A stretch of 64,000 nucleotides of DNA from Terriglobia bacterium (GCA_021324365.1 JAJPJE010000030.1:12-64011), one strand, 5' to 3'; shown: positions 1 through 9,419, counted from the stretch's first letter. A program made the numbers and translations. The notes: generated by a model not told the origin, from the letters alone.

Positions 1-396
1 GTCGAGTAGCACTGCGTCCCCAGCATAGGAGAGCTCGGGTTCCAATTCGCGCAACTCGGGCGCAGTCAGCAGCGGATGAACGCAATCGGTGCACTCATTT
101 GGGCCGAGGAAACGGATCGTTCCCTCCTGGTGAAAATCCACCGACATGCCGGCCTCGTCCTGCACCCGGTAGACGAACTCGGGATAGAGTCTCGCGCTGG
201 CTTTGGCCAGTTCACGCAGTTCGGGCCTGGTTTCCGGATCCTGTGCAGCCAGCATCCCTCCCGCTGCCCACGAAGATTCGCGTCCCGGCTGAGCGGAATC
301 GAGCACGACCACATGCAGGCCGTGGCGCCGCAACTCCAGTGCCAGCGACAGCCCAATGATGCCACCGCCGACAATCACTGCGTCCCAGACTCTCAC
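1..396 (-). CDS. FAD-dependent oxidoreductase, glycine/D-amino-acid oxidase (ThiO/DAO)-like; N-terminal 132 codons, 3' end runs off the window
   Basis: Absent from the ORF track because there is no stop in the window. Hand translation of the minus strand from GTG at 396 gives VRVWDAVIVGGGIIGLSLALELRRHGLHVVVLDS...SWAAGGMLAAQ, a GxGxxG dinucleotide-binding N-terminus typical of the DAO family. Confidence 0.7.
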   Translation of the reverse strand, partial: MRVWDAVIVGGGIIGLSLALELRRHGLHVVVLDSAQPGRESSWAAGGMLAAQDPETRPELRELAKASARLYPEFVYRVQDEAGMSVDFHQEGTIRFLGPNECTDCVHPLLTAPELRELEPELSYAGDAVLLD

Positions 397-439
397 AACA
401 TCATTTTAGTGGACCACGTTTTAATAAACGAACAACTGC

Positions 440-1117
440 TTATTCGGTCGTGCGCCTGACCGAGACTTGGGAGGGAGGTGCATCGGAAGGCGATGCCTTG
501 TCCGATGCGGCATCTTCAACCGAGACCAGCTTGGCCGTGACGATTGTCCTTTGCGGTGCCGGCCCAACGTAGTAGGTGGGATAACAGGTGATCAAAGTCA
601 GCCGTGAATCCTTCGTAGGCCGGAGAACTTCCACATCATCTGGATCCACTACCTTCTTTCCAATCACTTCATAAATTGCGGTCTTCCCTGCGCGTTCGAT
701 TTGCACGCGGTCGCCCTTCGTGAGCTCATACACATGGCGGAAGAATGTGTCGCGATGGCCGCTGATGACAACGTTTCCGGGATCACCCGGCTCTGCGGAA
801 CCTTCCAGGTGTCCTGGCCCGAGCAGCAACGCTTTGTGTGACGTACCCTCGACAACAAAGTCTTCCATACCAATCTTGGGGATTATGATTCGCGTCAACG
901 TCGGATCGATCACGCGTCTCTCATGCGGTGCTTGCTGCTGAGCGGACCACCTCGTAGCCATTTCTTTCTGGCTGCGATACATCTGCGCGTATTGTGTTGC
1001 CACATAAGTAAGCAGAACCAGTCCTGCTGTTATCGAAAGCAGCGGCACCCATCGCGCGATAAGCCACCGCAAGCTCGAACGAGCTTGCGCGCGCAATGTT
1101 CTCTGCTGTTTCAACAC
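440..1117 (-). CDS. sortase-family transpeptidase, membrane anchored
   Basis: 225-aa ORF with an N-terminal TM (WVPLLSITAGLVLLTYV), catalytic His context VISGHRDTFF and Cys signature TLITCYP (TLxTC). Confidence 0.8.
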   Translation of the reverse strand: MLKQQRTLRAQARSSLRWLIARWVPLLSITAGLVLLTYVATQYAQMYRSQKEMATRWSAQQQAPHERRVIDPTLTRIIIPKIGMEDFVVEGTSHKALLLGPGHLEGSAEPGDPGNVVISGHRDTFFRHVYELTKGDRVQIERAGKTAIYEVIGKKVVDPDDVEVLRPTKDSRLTLITCYPTYYVGPAPQRTIVTAKLVSVEDAASDKASPSDAPPSQVSVRRTTE

Positions 1118-1174
1118 ATCTCGGTTGGATGCTCAATGCGCAGGATTGAGAGTAGACCCCCGCCGCATGCCCGT

Positions 1175-1756
1175 TTAGCCGCGCGTTTTCATGGCGGACA
1201 CCATTCCGCCCACCAGCACTCCGAGTCCGATCACGCTGAGAAGCGGCATCTCACCACTTCCATCAGGAGGTTCCAGGGGAGCAGTCGGTTTTGGCAGGAA
1301 CATCGCCACTTTTTGTAACGTCGGCGGCATCATCGACTTTACCGCGACGTCCGCAGCCGGAGATAGTTCGGGCAAAGCCGACGAGAATTCGGCCACAGCG
1401 TGGGGACCCTTGACGACGGATCCTTTTGGGGTCAGTAGAGAGACGGTCAGAGTGTGTCGTCCGGGCGCCAGTTGATCAAACGTGTAGTGCGTATTCGAGG
1501 TCAAGACCGGCGAGGCGGAATCCAGTTGAATTTGGAAGGTTGCCGGCTCGTGCCGTGGAGGCAACGAAGATGTTTCTAATTGAACCATAAGCGACGATCC
1601 AGTGATCGTCGTACCGGGCGCCGGGGACAAAATCTGAACGCGTGCTGCCTTCTTTTCATGCTGCAAATCCGGTTGAGGGCTCTTCTTGGGAGCTTGGGCC
1701 CATAAGAACGAAGTTGCACCTAGGACGATAGTAGCGATAATTGCCGGGGCTTTCAT
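1175..1756 (-). CDS. secreted protein with a C-terminal sorting-signal-like tail (candidate sortase substrate)
   Basis: Track ORF is 1175..1816. The likely start is MKAPAIIATIVLGATSFLWAQAP (signal peptide). The C-terminus reads ...LPKPTAPLEPPDGSGE, then MPLLSVIGLGVLVGGMVSAM, then KTRG: a motif, a hydrophobic helix and a basic tail. Confidence 0.6.
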   Translation of the reverse strand: MKAPAIIATIVLGATSFLWAQAPKKSPQPDLQHEKKAARVQILSPAPGTTITGSSLMVQLETSSLPPRHEPATFQIQLDSASPVLTSNTHYTFDQLAPGRHTLTVSLLTPKGSVVKGPHAVAEFSSALPELSPAADVAVKSMMPPTLQKVAMFLPKPTAPLEPPDGSGEMPLLSVIGLGVLVGGMVSAMKTRG

Positions 1757-2049
1757 AAAGACCTGCGTTACGACTTTGCGACTTTCTCTTGGAATCTGTG
1801 TTCTCACCGTTAGCACCGTAAGTTGATCAGGCTTAAGCTCACCAGCAGCGCTTTGGCCCTGATCCTGTGTCCTAAGTCGCTGAACGTGAGTTGCTTATGC
1901 CGCGGTCCTCTCAGGCGCGGTATACAATTGGGAAGATCTACCAGAACTCCTGTGCAAGTATCGTGCCGAACGCCTCGACCCAGCGCTGGATAACAGTTTT
2001 GCACTGGTGATGACCGCTCTGTTGACGCGGAGTTGGATGCTGCTGAACA

Positions 2050-2937
2050 ATGAACCAGATACCCTTGGAAGAAGGTGACGCGATGCAAGATCAATATCAA
2101 GATCAAGGGCAAGAGCAGGAATACATTCCAGTCGAAGAGAGCCACACGCTGCGAAATGTCGCCTTGGCCTTCGCTGTGTTGTTTGTACTCGGATCGACCA
2201 TATTCATGTACACGCTCTACCAGCACATTGGTGCGCTGGAAGCGGCACAGAAGGCGGCAGCCGACGACGCCGCCGCTCACAATGCTGCCATTATGAAGAA
2301 GCTTGGCATGACCGAGGCAAGCGTGCAGGAAGCATCCCGCGAGCTGGCTATGAAGCTGGGACAGACGCAGAAAGATGTCGCCAGCCGCACTGCGGAGCTT
2401 CGCAAGCAGCAGGAAGCTTCCGAGAAGCTGCTCAGCTCAAACATCTCATCGGTAGCGACCGAGGTTGGTGGAGTGAAGACGGATCTCACTGGAGCCAAGA
2501 CCGACATCGCCTCGACGCGTACTGATCTTGAGGCGACCAAGAGCAAGCTGGATCGTGCCATGGGCGACCTAGGCGTACAAAGCGGCCTGATAGCTCATAC
2601 TCAGCAGGATCTCGAGTACTTGAAGCACAAAGGCGATCGCAATTACTACGAGTTCACCCTCTACAAGGGTAAGAAGCCGACGCCGGTATCCACCGTGAGC
2701 CTGCAGCTCAAGAAAGTGGATGCCAAACATGGCCGCTTCAGCTTGAATGTCCTCGCTGATGATCGCACTATCGAGAAGAAGGATCGCACCGTAGCTGAGC
2801 CGATGCAGTTCTACACAGGACGCGATCGCAATCTGTACGAGATCGTGGTGTTCACCGCCAAGAAGAATGAGATCACCGGCTACCTGAGCACGCCAAAGAA
2901 TGCTCCCGCGCCGGTACAGGCGACTGCTAACAACTAG
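2050..2937 (+). CDS. membrane-anchored coiled-coil protein, function unknown
   Basis: 295-aa ORF with an acidic, Gln-rich N-terminus, one TM (VALAFAVLFVLGSTIFMYTLY), a long heptad-like stretch (TDLTGAKTDIASTRTDLEATKSKLDRA) and a beta-rich C-terminal part. No family recognised. Confidence 0.55.
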   Translation: MNQIPLEEGDAMQDQYQDQGQEQEYIPVEESHTLRNVALAFAVLFVLGSTIFMYTLYQHIGALEAAQKAAADDAAAHNAAIMKKLGMTEASVQEASRELAMKLGQTQKDVASRTAELRKQQEASEKLLSSNISSVATEVGGVKTDLTGAKTDIASTRTDLEATKSKLDRAMGDLGVQSGLIAHTQQDLEYLKHKGDRNYYEFTLYKGKKPTPVSTVSLQLKKVDAKHGRFSLNVLADDRTIEKKDRTVAEPMQFYTGRDRNLYEIVVFTAKKNEITGYLSTPKNAPAPVQATANN

Positions 2938-2959
2938 CTAACTTCCTTCCTGGATCAGA

Positions 2960-2990
2960 GGCCTGCCGCTGGTAGGCCCTTTTTCTTTTC
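2960..2990 (+). terminator. rho-independent terminator candidate
   Basis: GGCCTGCC-GCT-GGTAGGCC forms an 8-bp stem with one G-U pair, followed by CTTTTTCTTTTC, 23 nt after the stop at 2937. Confidence 0.5.
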
Positions 2991-3050
2991 TGGACAGCGG
3001 CACCCACCCTGCCAATAGTCATGCCTTGGTTGCTGAGGTAAGAAGAAACT

Positions 3051-3578
3051 ATGTTCTTGCCTCATCCGGTGATCATGCTTGGACAAATCGTGATCCGCAC
3101 CGGCCTCATCTATGCACTCGTGCTCCTCGGCGTCAGGCTGGCGGGCAAGCGGGAGGTCGGACAGATGACACCATTTGACCTGACTCTTCTCCTCCTTCTG
3201 AGCAACTCCGTGCAGAATGCGATGACCGGACCCGACACCTCGCTCGCCGGCGGAGCCGTTGCAGCAATCACCCTGTTCGTTATGAATCATTTCGTGGCGA
3301 ACCTTTCCGGCATGAACCGCAATTTCCGTAAATTCATTCAAGGCCAACCGGCCATGCTGATTCACGATGGAACCGTGATCGAATCGCACATGGCTAAAGA
3401 GCATGTCAGCATGGACGAACTGGAGCGCGCCCTGCGGGAGCACAGCATCGCCAGCCCGAAGGAGGTCGCAATCGGAGTGCTGGAAGTCGATGGCTCCATG
3501 AGCTTTTTGAAATACGACGACGTCAAGCCGGAAGCTCTCCCCCGCCGGCGGGTACGATTCCTTAACAGAAAGCAGTAA
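3051..3578 (+). CDS. DUF421 (YetF-like) membrane protein
   Basis: 175 aa. LAGKREVGQMTPFDLTLLLLLSNSVQNAM matches the characteristic DUF421 core, with an N-terminal TM pair. Confidence 0.75.
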   Translation: MFLPHPVIMLGQIVIRTGLIYALVLLGVRLAGKREVGQMTPFDLTLLLLLSNSVQNAMTGPDTSLAGGAVAAITLFVMNHFVANLSGMNRNFRKFIQGQPAMLIHDGTVIESHMAKEHVSMDELERALREHSIASPKEVAIGVLEVDGSMSFLKYDDVKPEALPRRRVRFLNRKQ

Positions 3579-3667
3579 ACGCAGCATACCGCGCAAACTG
3601 TTGCGCATAAGAACGGGGCCATATTCCATCCCGGAATCTCGCGGCAAAACAATGAATCGCCAATTAC

Positions 3668-3679
3668 ATGTATATACAT
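3668..3679. promoter_or_regulatory. perfect 12-bp palindrome ATGTATATACAT, candidate MarR operator or -10 region
   Basis: Perfect inverted repeat 12 nt upstream of the marR-family start codon. MarR regulators typically bind palindromes overlapping their own promoter. Confidence 0.3.
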
Positions 3680-3690
3680 CTAATTTGCCG

Positions 3691-4143
3691 ATGAGCCAGT
3701 CTTCACTGCCGCCGCTGCCTTGCACATGCGCCACGCTTCGCAGGACTGCGCGGGCGCTTACTCAGTTGTATGAGGATGCAGTGCGTCCGTACGGCCTGCG
3801 AGCAACGCAATTCACGATTCTTCAGGTCTTGTCGCTGGCTGGAGAAGTGACCCAGGGTCAATTGGGACACATACTAGTCATGGATAGCACCACCCTCACA
3901 CGCACTCTCGCCATCATGACTCGTCGGCGATGGATCACTAGGCGGCGGGGACGTGACAAACGGGAGTGGCAATTGCAACTATCTCGGACCGGAGCGCTTC
4001 AACTCGAGCGCGCTTTGCCCGCGTGGGCGAACGCACAACAGTTGGTGAAAGAGCAGATGGATGGTGGTTCGGAACAGCTCATGAAACTAGCCAACGATCT
4101 CACTAATGCGATCACCGTGAAGGAGGATCGTCGTGACGAATAG
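3691..4143 (+). CDS. MarR-family transcriptional regulator
   Basis: Track ORF is 3601..4143. The likely start is MSQSSLPPLP at 3691. ATLRRTARALTQLYEDAVRPYGLRATQFTILQVLSLAGEVTQGQLGHILVMDSTTLTRTL is a typical MarR winged helix. Confidence 0.8.
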   Translation: MSQSSLPPLPCTCATLRRTARALTQLYEDAVRPYGLRATQFTILQVLSLAGEVTQGQLGHILVMDSTTLTRTLAIMTRRRWITRRRGRDKREWQLQLSRTGALQLERALPAWANAQQLVKEQMDGGSEQLMKLANDLTNAITVKEDRRDE

Positions 4144-4795
4144 TTCGTATCGAACGCTTACTGCCGGGCTGATTGCTGCCTGGTTCGCCTTTGCTATTGT
4201 GGCGTCAGCGCTGCACATTTTTGAAACCTCTCCGGACCGGCCGCCATTACCGTTGCTGCTTGCGGTCGGTGTGCCGATCGTTCTGTTCTCACTGTGGTAT
4301 TCGAGCTCTCGTGGCTTTCGCGATTTCGTGCTTTCGTTGAGCCCGCGTACCCTCACCATGGTCCAGTCCTGGAGAATCGCAGGCTACGTTTTCCTGGTTC
4401 TGTATACCTATGGCATTTTGCCCGGCAGCTTTGCGCTACCGGCAGGCTGGGGAGACATGTTCATTGGAGCTACAGCGCTGATTGTGGCAGGGAAGGTTGC
4501 GAATCCAAATTGCCGCAAGACCTTCATCACTTGGCAACTGCTTGGCGTAACCGATCTCGTGGTCGCCGTGAGTTCGGGAGCATTTCAACGCATCTTTCAT
4601 CCCGCGGCCTTGGCTGGGTCAAGCGTCGTCAACACCGGTCCGATGACGGTGCTGCCGCTTAGCCTGATTCCCACCTTCGGTGTCCCCTTGTTCTTGATCC
4701 TCCACATCATCTGCGTCGCTCAGGCCCGGCGCTGGTCTGTACTTGAGCCGAAGTGCGGGAGCGAGGAGCTCAAGCCAATAACAGTGCGTTCCTAA
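4133..4795 (+). CDS. polytopic membrane protein, function unknown
   Basis: 220-aa ORF with about 6 hydrophobic helices. Its start overlaps the marR stop by 11 nt, which suggests co-transcription. Confidence 0.6.
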   Translation: MTNSSYRTLTAGLIAAWFAFAIVASALHIFETSPDRPPLPLLLAVGVPIVLFSLWYSSSRGFRDFVLSLSPRTLTMVQSWRIAGYVFLVLYTYGILPGSFALPAGWGDMFIGATALIVAGKVANPNCRKTFITWQLLGVTDLVVAVSSGAFQRIFHPAALAGSSVVNTGPMTVLPLSLIPTFGVPLFLILHIICVAQARRWSVLEPKCGSEELKPITVRS

Positions 4796-5075
4796 GAGTT
4801 GGGTCTGTGCTCCCAGGCCACGTTGGGGCGACACCCGGCACCTGCCTGGGAGCGCACTTCGTGTTTGGACTAAACCGCCCCGCACATTGCATTCAGTGAT
4901 TTCAACGGCAGATGCCTGAATCGAGTATTTGTGGTAATGAAAACTGTTAGTTGATCACAAACCTGCGCGGAGTCCGAAACAATAATCGAAGTGAAGGCAT
5001 AACGTGCTACGATTACCGACCACCGATCTTCGCTTGCACGGCGAACCACCTCAATGCCGCTGAGCCCGCGAATGT

Positions 5076-6704
5076 TTGCCGGGACAGAGCCAGCGCCACG
5101 CTGGCTTATGGGTGGGGGGCTGCCAAACGAAAATTCTTCTCTATAACCCCGATAACGGCGTCACTAAAAATTTCATGCCTCACCTCTGGATGTTTCTCTT
5201 GCAGGCGCTAACCCCCGCTGGACACGAAACCATCCTGGTCGACGGCAACACCCAGTCGATGAGCGACGCCCAGCTGGTTCAATTCGCTGTCGAACATGGA
5301 ATCGAACTTGTCGGAATCGGAGCCATGACGCGCATGATTGCCAAGGCCTATCGGGTTGCCGACGCGCTTCGTGCGGCCGGCATTCCTGTAGTGATGGGCG
5401 GACCGCACGTAACTGAGATTCCGGACGAAGCGTTGGGACGCAATGGAGGGCCGCGTCATGCGGACGCATTAGCTCTGGGTGAGGCGGATGAAACTTGGCC
5501 GCTTATCGTCGAAGATGCGGCTCGCGGCGAACTGAAAGAGATATACACGCCGACGGATAGCTCCGGTAAGGAGCGCAAGCCATCTTTGAGAGATTATCCG
5601 GAGATTCCATGGGAATCTCTCGACCTGAAGCAGTTCAATCGCATCCCGTCGATCTTTCGCCCTCTCATCCGGCATTACGGACTTGAGTGGGAAACCTTTC
5701 ACATCGTTCCGATCGAATCCGGGCGAGGCTGTCCTTATGGGTGCGAGTTCTGCACCGTCACCGGTTTCTTTGGCGACTCCATTCGGTTCCGATCGAACCA
5801 CAGCGTCGTCAGCGAGATGCTGAGGCTCAAGCAACGCGCCCGCGGTAGCAGCGGGAAAATTGCGGTCTTTTTCGTAGACGATAATTTCGCAATCAATGTG
5901 AAGCGCACAAAATCACTTCTGCGGGACATCATTGGTGCAGGAGCGGAACTCTCCTGGGTGGCGCAAATCAGCGCAAATCTGCTGCGCGACGAGGAATTGC
6001 TCGACCTGATCGCAGCTTCTGGAGGGAAATGGATATTCATTGGCATGGAATCGCTCGATCCAGCCAATCTGGCCAGCGTCAAGAAGGGTTTCAATAAGCC
6101 GGCGGAATATGCGGGTGTGCTGCGTGGGTTGGCGCAGCGCAACGTCTACGCGATCACGTCATTCATTTTCGGACTCGATCACGACACACCCGGCGTTGCC
6201 GAGCGCACTCTGGCGCAGATCCGCCGATGGCCGCCCGTGCTGCCCGTCTTCGGGCAGATCACTCCATTCCCGGCGACTCCCCTGTACGACCGCCTGCAAA
6301 GGGAAGGACGGCTCACCCGGCCAAAACACTGGCTGGACTTTGCGCCGTTTCGGATGGCTCATACACCAATGCACATCTCCATTACCGAGGTGCAGCAGGA
6401 GGTGCGATACGCCTGGACCAACTCGTATAGTCCCGCTGCCAACAGCCTTGCTTTGGACTCAATCGCAAACGAACCTGCGCCCTATAAGATCAGCCACCTC
6501 ACGTCCCGGTTCTTTTTTCGCGGAATTTACTTCCCACAGAAGGGAATCTGGCCATGGTTGAAATTGATCGCGCAAAATCGTGCTTCGGTTTGGCGTATCG
6601 TGAAAGACTCATTCACGCAATGGCACGGCGCGTCTGTTCACCACGTTGTACGTGATTTCGAGCATGGCTCGGTGCAAGCGGAACCTGAAGTTCGCGCTGA
6701 CTGA
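5076..6704 (+). CDS. B12-binding-domain radical SAM protein (class B)
   Basis: 542 aa. N-terminal cobalamin-binding-like Rossmann part (ILVDGN...VGIGAMT...PVVMGGPHVT), radical-SAM cluster motif GRGCPYGCEFCTV (CxxxCxxC), and a long C-terminal extension. The TTG start in the track is uncertain. Confidence 0.85.
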   Translation: MPGQSQRHAGLWVGGCQTKILLYNPDNGVTKNFMPHLWMFLLQALTPAGHETILVDGNTQSMSDAQLVQFAVEHGIELVGIGAMTRMIAKAYRVADALRAAGIPVVMGGPHVTEIPDEALGRNGGPRHADALALGEADETWPLIVEDAARGELKEIYTPTDSSGKERKPSLRDYPEIPWESLDLKQFNRIPSIFRPLIRHYGLEWETFHIVPIESGRGCPYGCEFCTVTGFFGDSIRFRSNHSVVSEMLRLKQRARGSSGKIAVFFVDDNFAINVKRTKSLLRDIIGAGAELSWVAQISANLLRDEELLDLIAASGGKWIFIGMESLDPANLASVKKGFNKPAEYAGVLRGLAQRNVYAITSFIFGLDHDTPGVAERTLAQIRRWPPVLPVFGQITPFPATPLYDRLQREGRLTRPKHWLDFAPFRMAHTPMHISITEVQQEVRYAWTNSYSPAANSLALDSIANEPAPYKISHLTSRFFFRGIYFPQKGIWPWLKLIAQNRASVWRIVKDSFTQWHGASVHHVVRDFEHGSVQAEPEVRAD

Positions 6705-6760
6705 AGCCGTTCTACTCCGTGCTCAACACCGAAGGTAATTTGTTTTTCCAGACCGGAAAC

Positions 6761-7486
6761 CTAGACTCCCGTCTTAGTTAGCACCACGTTCCTCTGATCA
6801 TAAGGCGTGACTACCACTGACAGTGAATGGCGCCTATCGAAAGCTTCTTTGCTGATCGGGAAGCTCACGATAATTGTTCCAGTCTGCCGTCCGCCGGGGG
6901 GAATTTTGGTTTCGACGAGCATCGGTTCGCCTGCGTGAATTTTCAGGTCAGGAAAGCCCTGGAAATAGCGGTTGAAGTCCGACGCGGAAGCGGCTGTATC
7001 CGAAAATTCACCTTGATCGGTTTGTATCCTGGCTCCGAGGTCTTTGATCCAAATTGGCTTTTCCGTAGTGTTGTACATCGTGAACTGAATCGCGACCAGC
7101 ACGCTATTATCGGCAACTTGAACCGCGCCGACATCGTTGATGCTGCCTGACGCGACGGGTTTCGCGCGATCGAACCAACTCAACGCAATCAGAACCACGG
7201 CAACGATTCCAAGCGCAATGGCCACAATTCCTAAAGGCGGGAGAGTCCATTTTGCGCGATCGAACTCCTCTGTCAGCGGGGTGTGACCTGCCTCTGTCGT
7301 GATCTGTCCTGATGGCTGGACAGGTTTGGGACGGCGGAGCAATTTGCTGCGAACTGCCGGCCGCGGGCGGGGAGGCGCGGGCTTGGGAACGGCTGCCGAA
7401 CTCTGTGGCGGCGCGGACGGCGTTGAAGGGGTTTCCACCTTGGACGGTGGTGAAGGCTGAGGTGGATTGGGATTTTCGTCAGGCAT
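6761..7486 (-). CDS. Pro-rich, single-pass membrane protein, function unknown
   Basis: Track ORF is 6761..7546. The ATG at 7486 (MPDENPNPPQPSPP) is preceded by GGGAGG. One TM (LPPLGIVAIALGIVAVVLIALSWF) and a beta-rich C-terminal domain. Confidence 0.6.
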   Translation of the reverse strand: MPDENPNPPQPSPPSKVETPSTPSAPPQSSAAVPKPAPPRPRPAVRSKLLRRPKPVQPSGQITTEAGHTPLTEEFDRAKWTLPPLGIVAIALGIVAVVLIALSWFDRAKPVASGSINDVGAVQVADNSVLVAIQFTMYNTTEKPIWIKDLGARIQTDQGEFSDTAASASDFNRYFQGFPDLKIHAGEPMLVETKIPPGGRQTGTIIVSFPISKEAFDRRHSLSVVVTPYDQRNVVLTKTGV

Positions 7487-7538
7487 GGAAACCTCCCGCG
7501 GCAGAAGGTGAGATGCACAACCAGCGCGACACGCAAGC

Positions 7539-9278
7539 CTACGCATGCTTCATGGCTCTGGCAAATTCGGTTTCCGGTAGCGTGTTCAAAACATCGGATT
7601 TCGTCAACCACGCGCGCCGGGCCTGCAACACTCCATATCGAATCTTTTCCATGTGCGACGTGTGATGCGAATCGGTGTTAATCACAATCTTGACCCCGCG
7701 TTCCTTGGCCATTCGCAAATGAACGTCGTTCAGATCGAGCCGGTCGGGATACGCGTTCAACTCCATTGCAACTTTGTTCGTAGCGGCTTCCCGGAGTATG
7801 GCCTCAATGTCGTATTGATAGGCATCGCGCCGCAACAGCAAACGCCCTGTAGGGTGTCCCATGATGGAAACGTTTGGATTGCTCACCGCCTTCAGCAGAC
7901 GATCGGTCATTTGCTGAGGCTCCTGGTTGAAGTAGGAGTGCACACTCGCAATCACGATATCCATTTCGGCGAGCACGGAATCGGAAAGATCCAGGCTGCC
8001 GTCCGCGAGAATGTCCACCTCGATGCCGGCAAAAATACGGATGCCCGGAATCTTCTTATTAGTTTCGCGGATGTGCATGATGTGTGCCAGGGCCCGCTCG
8101 TCATCCAGGCCATTCGCCATAGCCAGATTCTTGGAATGATCGGTGATGGCCATATATTGGTAGCCGCGTGCGCGTGCAGCTTCGGCCATCTCTTCGATCG
8201 TATTCCGGCCGTCAGTTTCGACGGTATGCATATGCACGTCGCCCTGGAGATCCCGCGTCGTAATCAGTTCCGGGAGTTTGCCCTTCTCAGCCGCCTCGAT
8301 CTCTCCACAGTTTTCGCGCAACTCTGGTGGGATGAACTCCAATCCCAGCTTGCGGTAAATCTCCGCTTCCGTTTTCCCGGCGACTCGTTCTCCGCCTTCC
8401 AGTTTTGCCAGTCCGTATTCGTTCAAAGTGAGCCCCATTTTCAGAGCACGCTGGCGCAGCGTGACATTGTGCGCCTTCGATCCCGTGAAGTACTGCATTG
8501 CTGCGCCGAACGAATCCGACGGGAGCAAGCGCACATCCACTTGCATTCCGCTGCGCAGACGGAAGCTGACCTTGTTATCGCCTTTCGCGAGAATGTCGAG
8601 AATGCCCGGAAATTTCAGGATGTGCTCGATGGCCGTTTGCCGCTCGACCTCGTTCTCACAGATTTCGCCGGTAATGAGTACGTCAAGATCGCCCACGGTT
8701 TCGCGCCCCCGGCGCAGGCTGCCCGCGGGCGTGATCTTCTCCACTCCAGCCAGGCCTTTCAGATGGTCGGTTAACTTCTGCGCGGTGCGGTCCGCTTCGT
8801 CGAGCAGGAATCGCCCTGCGATCCGCTTGTAATCGGCGATAGATTTGAGGATCTTCTGTTCCTGCTTCTCTCCCATCCGCGGCAAAGTCCGGATTTTGCC
8901 TTCTCTCGCCAGTTTCTCTACGCCATCCACGTCGGCAACCTGGAACGCGCTCCACAGCAGTGCAATCGTTTTCGGACCTAATCCCGAGATTTTCAGCAGT
9001 TCGAGCATCGAAGGTCGGTATTTCGTCAGCAGTTCGCGTCGAACCGTCAGATCGCCCTGCTCGCAGATTTCTTTCAAGTTCGCGAGCATGCCCTTGCCGA
9101 TTCCAGGCACTTCGAGCAGCTTCTTTGGCTCGCAAATCAGTTTTTCAACTTGATCGCCTAGTGACTCAATTGCCTCGCCAGCGCGGCGATACGAGCGAAT
9201 GCGGAATGAGTCGTCTCCATTGATTTCCATCAAGTCGGCAGTCTCATACAGCAATGTCGCAATATTTTTGTTATCCAC
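7539..9278 (-). CDS. polX: family X DNA polymerase with C-terminal PHP phosphoesterase domain
   Basis: 579 aa. N-terminus NIATLLYETADLMEINGDDSFRIRSYRRAGEAIE and helix-hairpin-helix repeats (pol beta-like), then PHP motifs GDVHMHTVETDG ... ITDHS. Confidence 0.9.
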   Translation of the reverse strand: MDNKNIATLLYETADLMEINGDDSFRIRSYRRAGEAIESLGDQVEKLICEPKKLLEVPGIGKGMLANLKEICEQGDLTVRRELLTKYRPSMLELLKISGLGPKTIALLWSAFQVADVDGVEKLAREGKIRTLPRMGEKQEQKILKSIADYKRIAGRFLLDEADRTAQKLTDHLKGLAGVEKITPAGSLRRGRETVGDLDVLITGEICENEVERQTAIEHILKFPGILDILAKGDNKVSFRLRSGMQVDVRLLPSDSFGAAMQYFTGSKAHNVTLRQRALKMGLTLNEYGLAKLEGGERVAGKTEAEIYRKLGLEFIPPELRENCGEIEAAEKGKLPELITTRDLQGDVHMHTVETDGRNTIEEMAEAARARGYQYMAITDHSKNLAMANGLDDERALAHIMHIRETNKKIPGIRIFAGIEVDILADGSLDLSDSVLAEMDIVIASVHSYFNQEPQQMTDRLLKAVSNPNVSIMGHPTGRLLLRRDAYQYDIEAILREAATNKVAMELNAYPDRLDLNDVHLRMAKERGVKIVINTDSHHTSHMEKIRYGVLQARRAWLTKSDVLNTLPETEFARAMKHA

Positions 9279-9356
9279 GAGCGGTCACCAAACGCAAGTA
9301 ACCCAAACCTCCTGCGCCTGTGCAACGATTTTAGCTGCTGATCGAAGCTTGGGTAG

Positions 9357-9393
9357 AAAAGAAACAAAAAGACCCAGCTGGGTGGCTGGGTCT
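9357..9393 (-). terminator. rho-independent terminator of the cold-shock gene
   Basis: On the minus strand AGACCCAGC-CACCCA-GCTGGGTCT forms a 9-bp stem followed by TTTTTGTTTCTTTT, 26 nt after the csp stop. Confidence 0.65.
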
Positions 9394-9419
9394 GGGGAAC
9401 TTAGGGTTCAAAAAAAAGG

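Noticed and set aside
1810-2280. 156-aa minus-strand ORF between the sortase-substrate gene and the coiled-coil gene.
   Set aside because: It overlaps the start of the better-supported plus-strand gene, has no RBS, and its sequence is not protein-like.
4796-5075. Possible cobalamin riboswitch upstream of the B12-binding radical SAM gene.
   Set aside because: No B12-box-like sequence or GCCACTG core is recognisable. I see only a generic long hairpin.
7653-8774. 373-aa plus-strand ORF.
   Set aside because: It lies entirely antisense to polX, whose domains are unambiguous.
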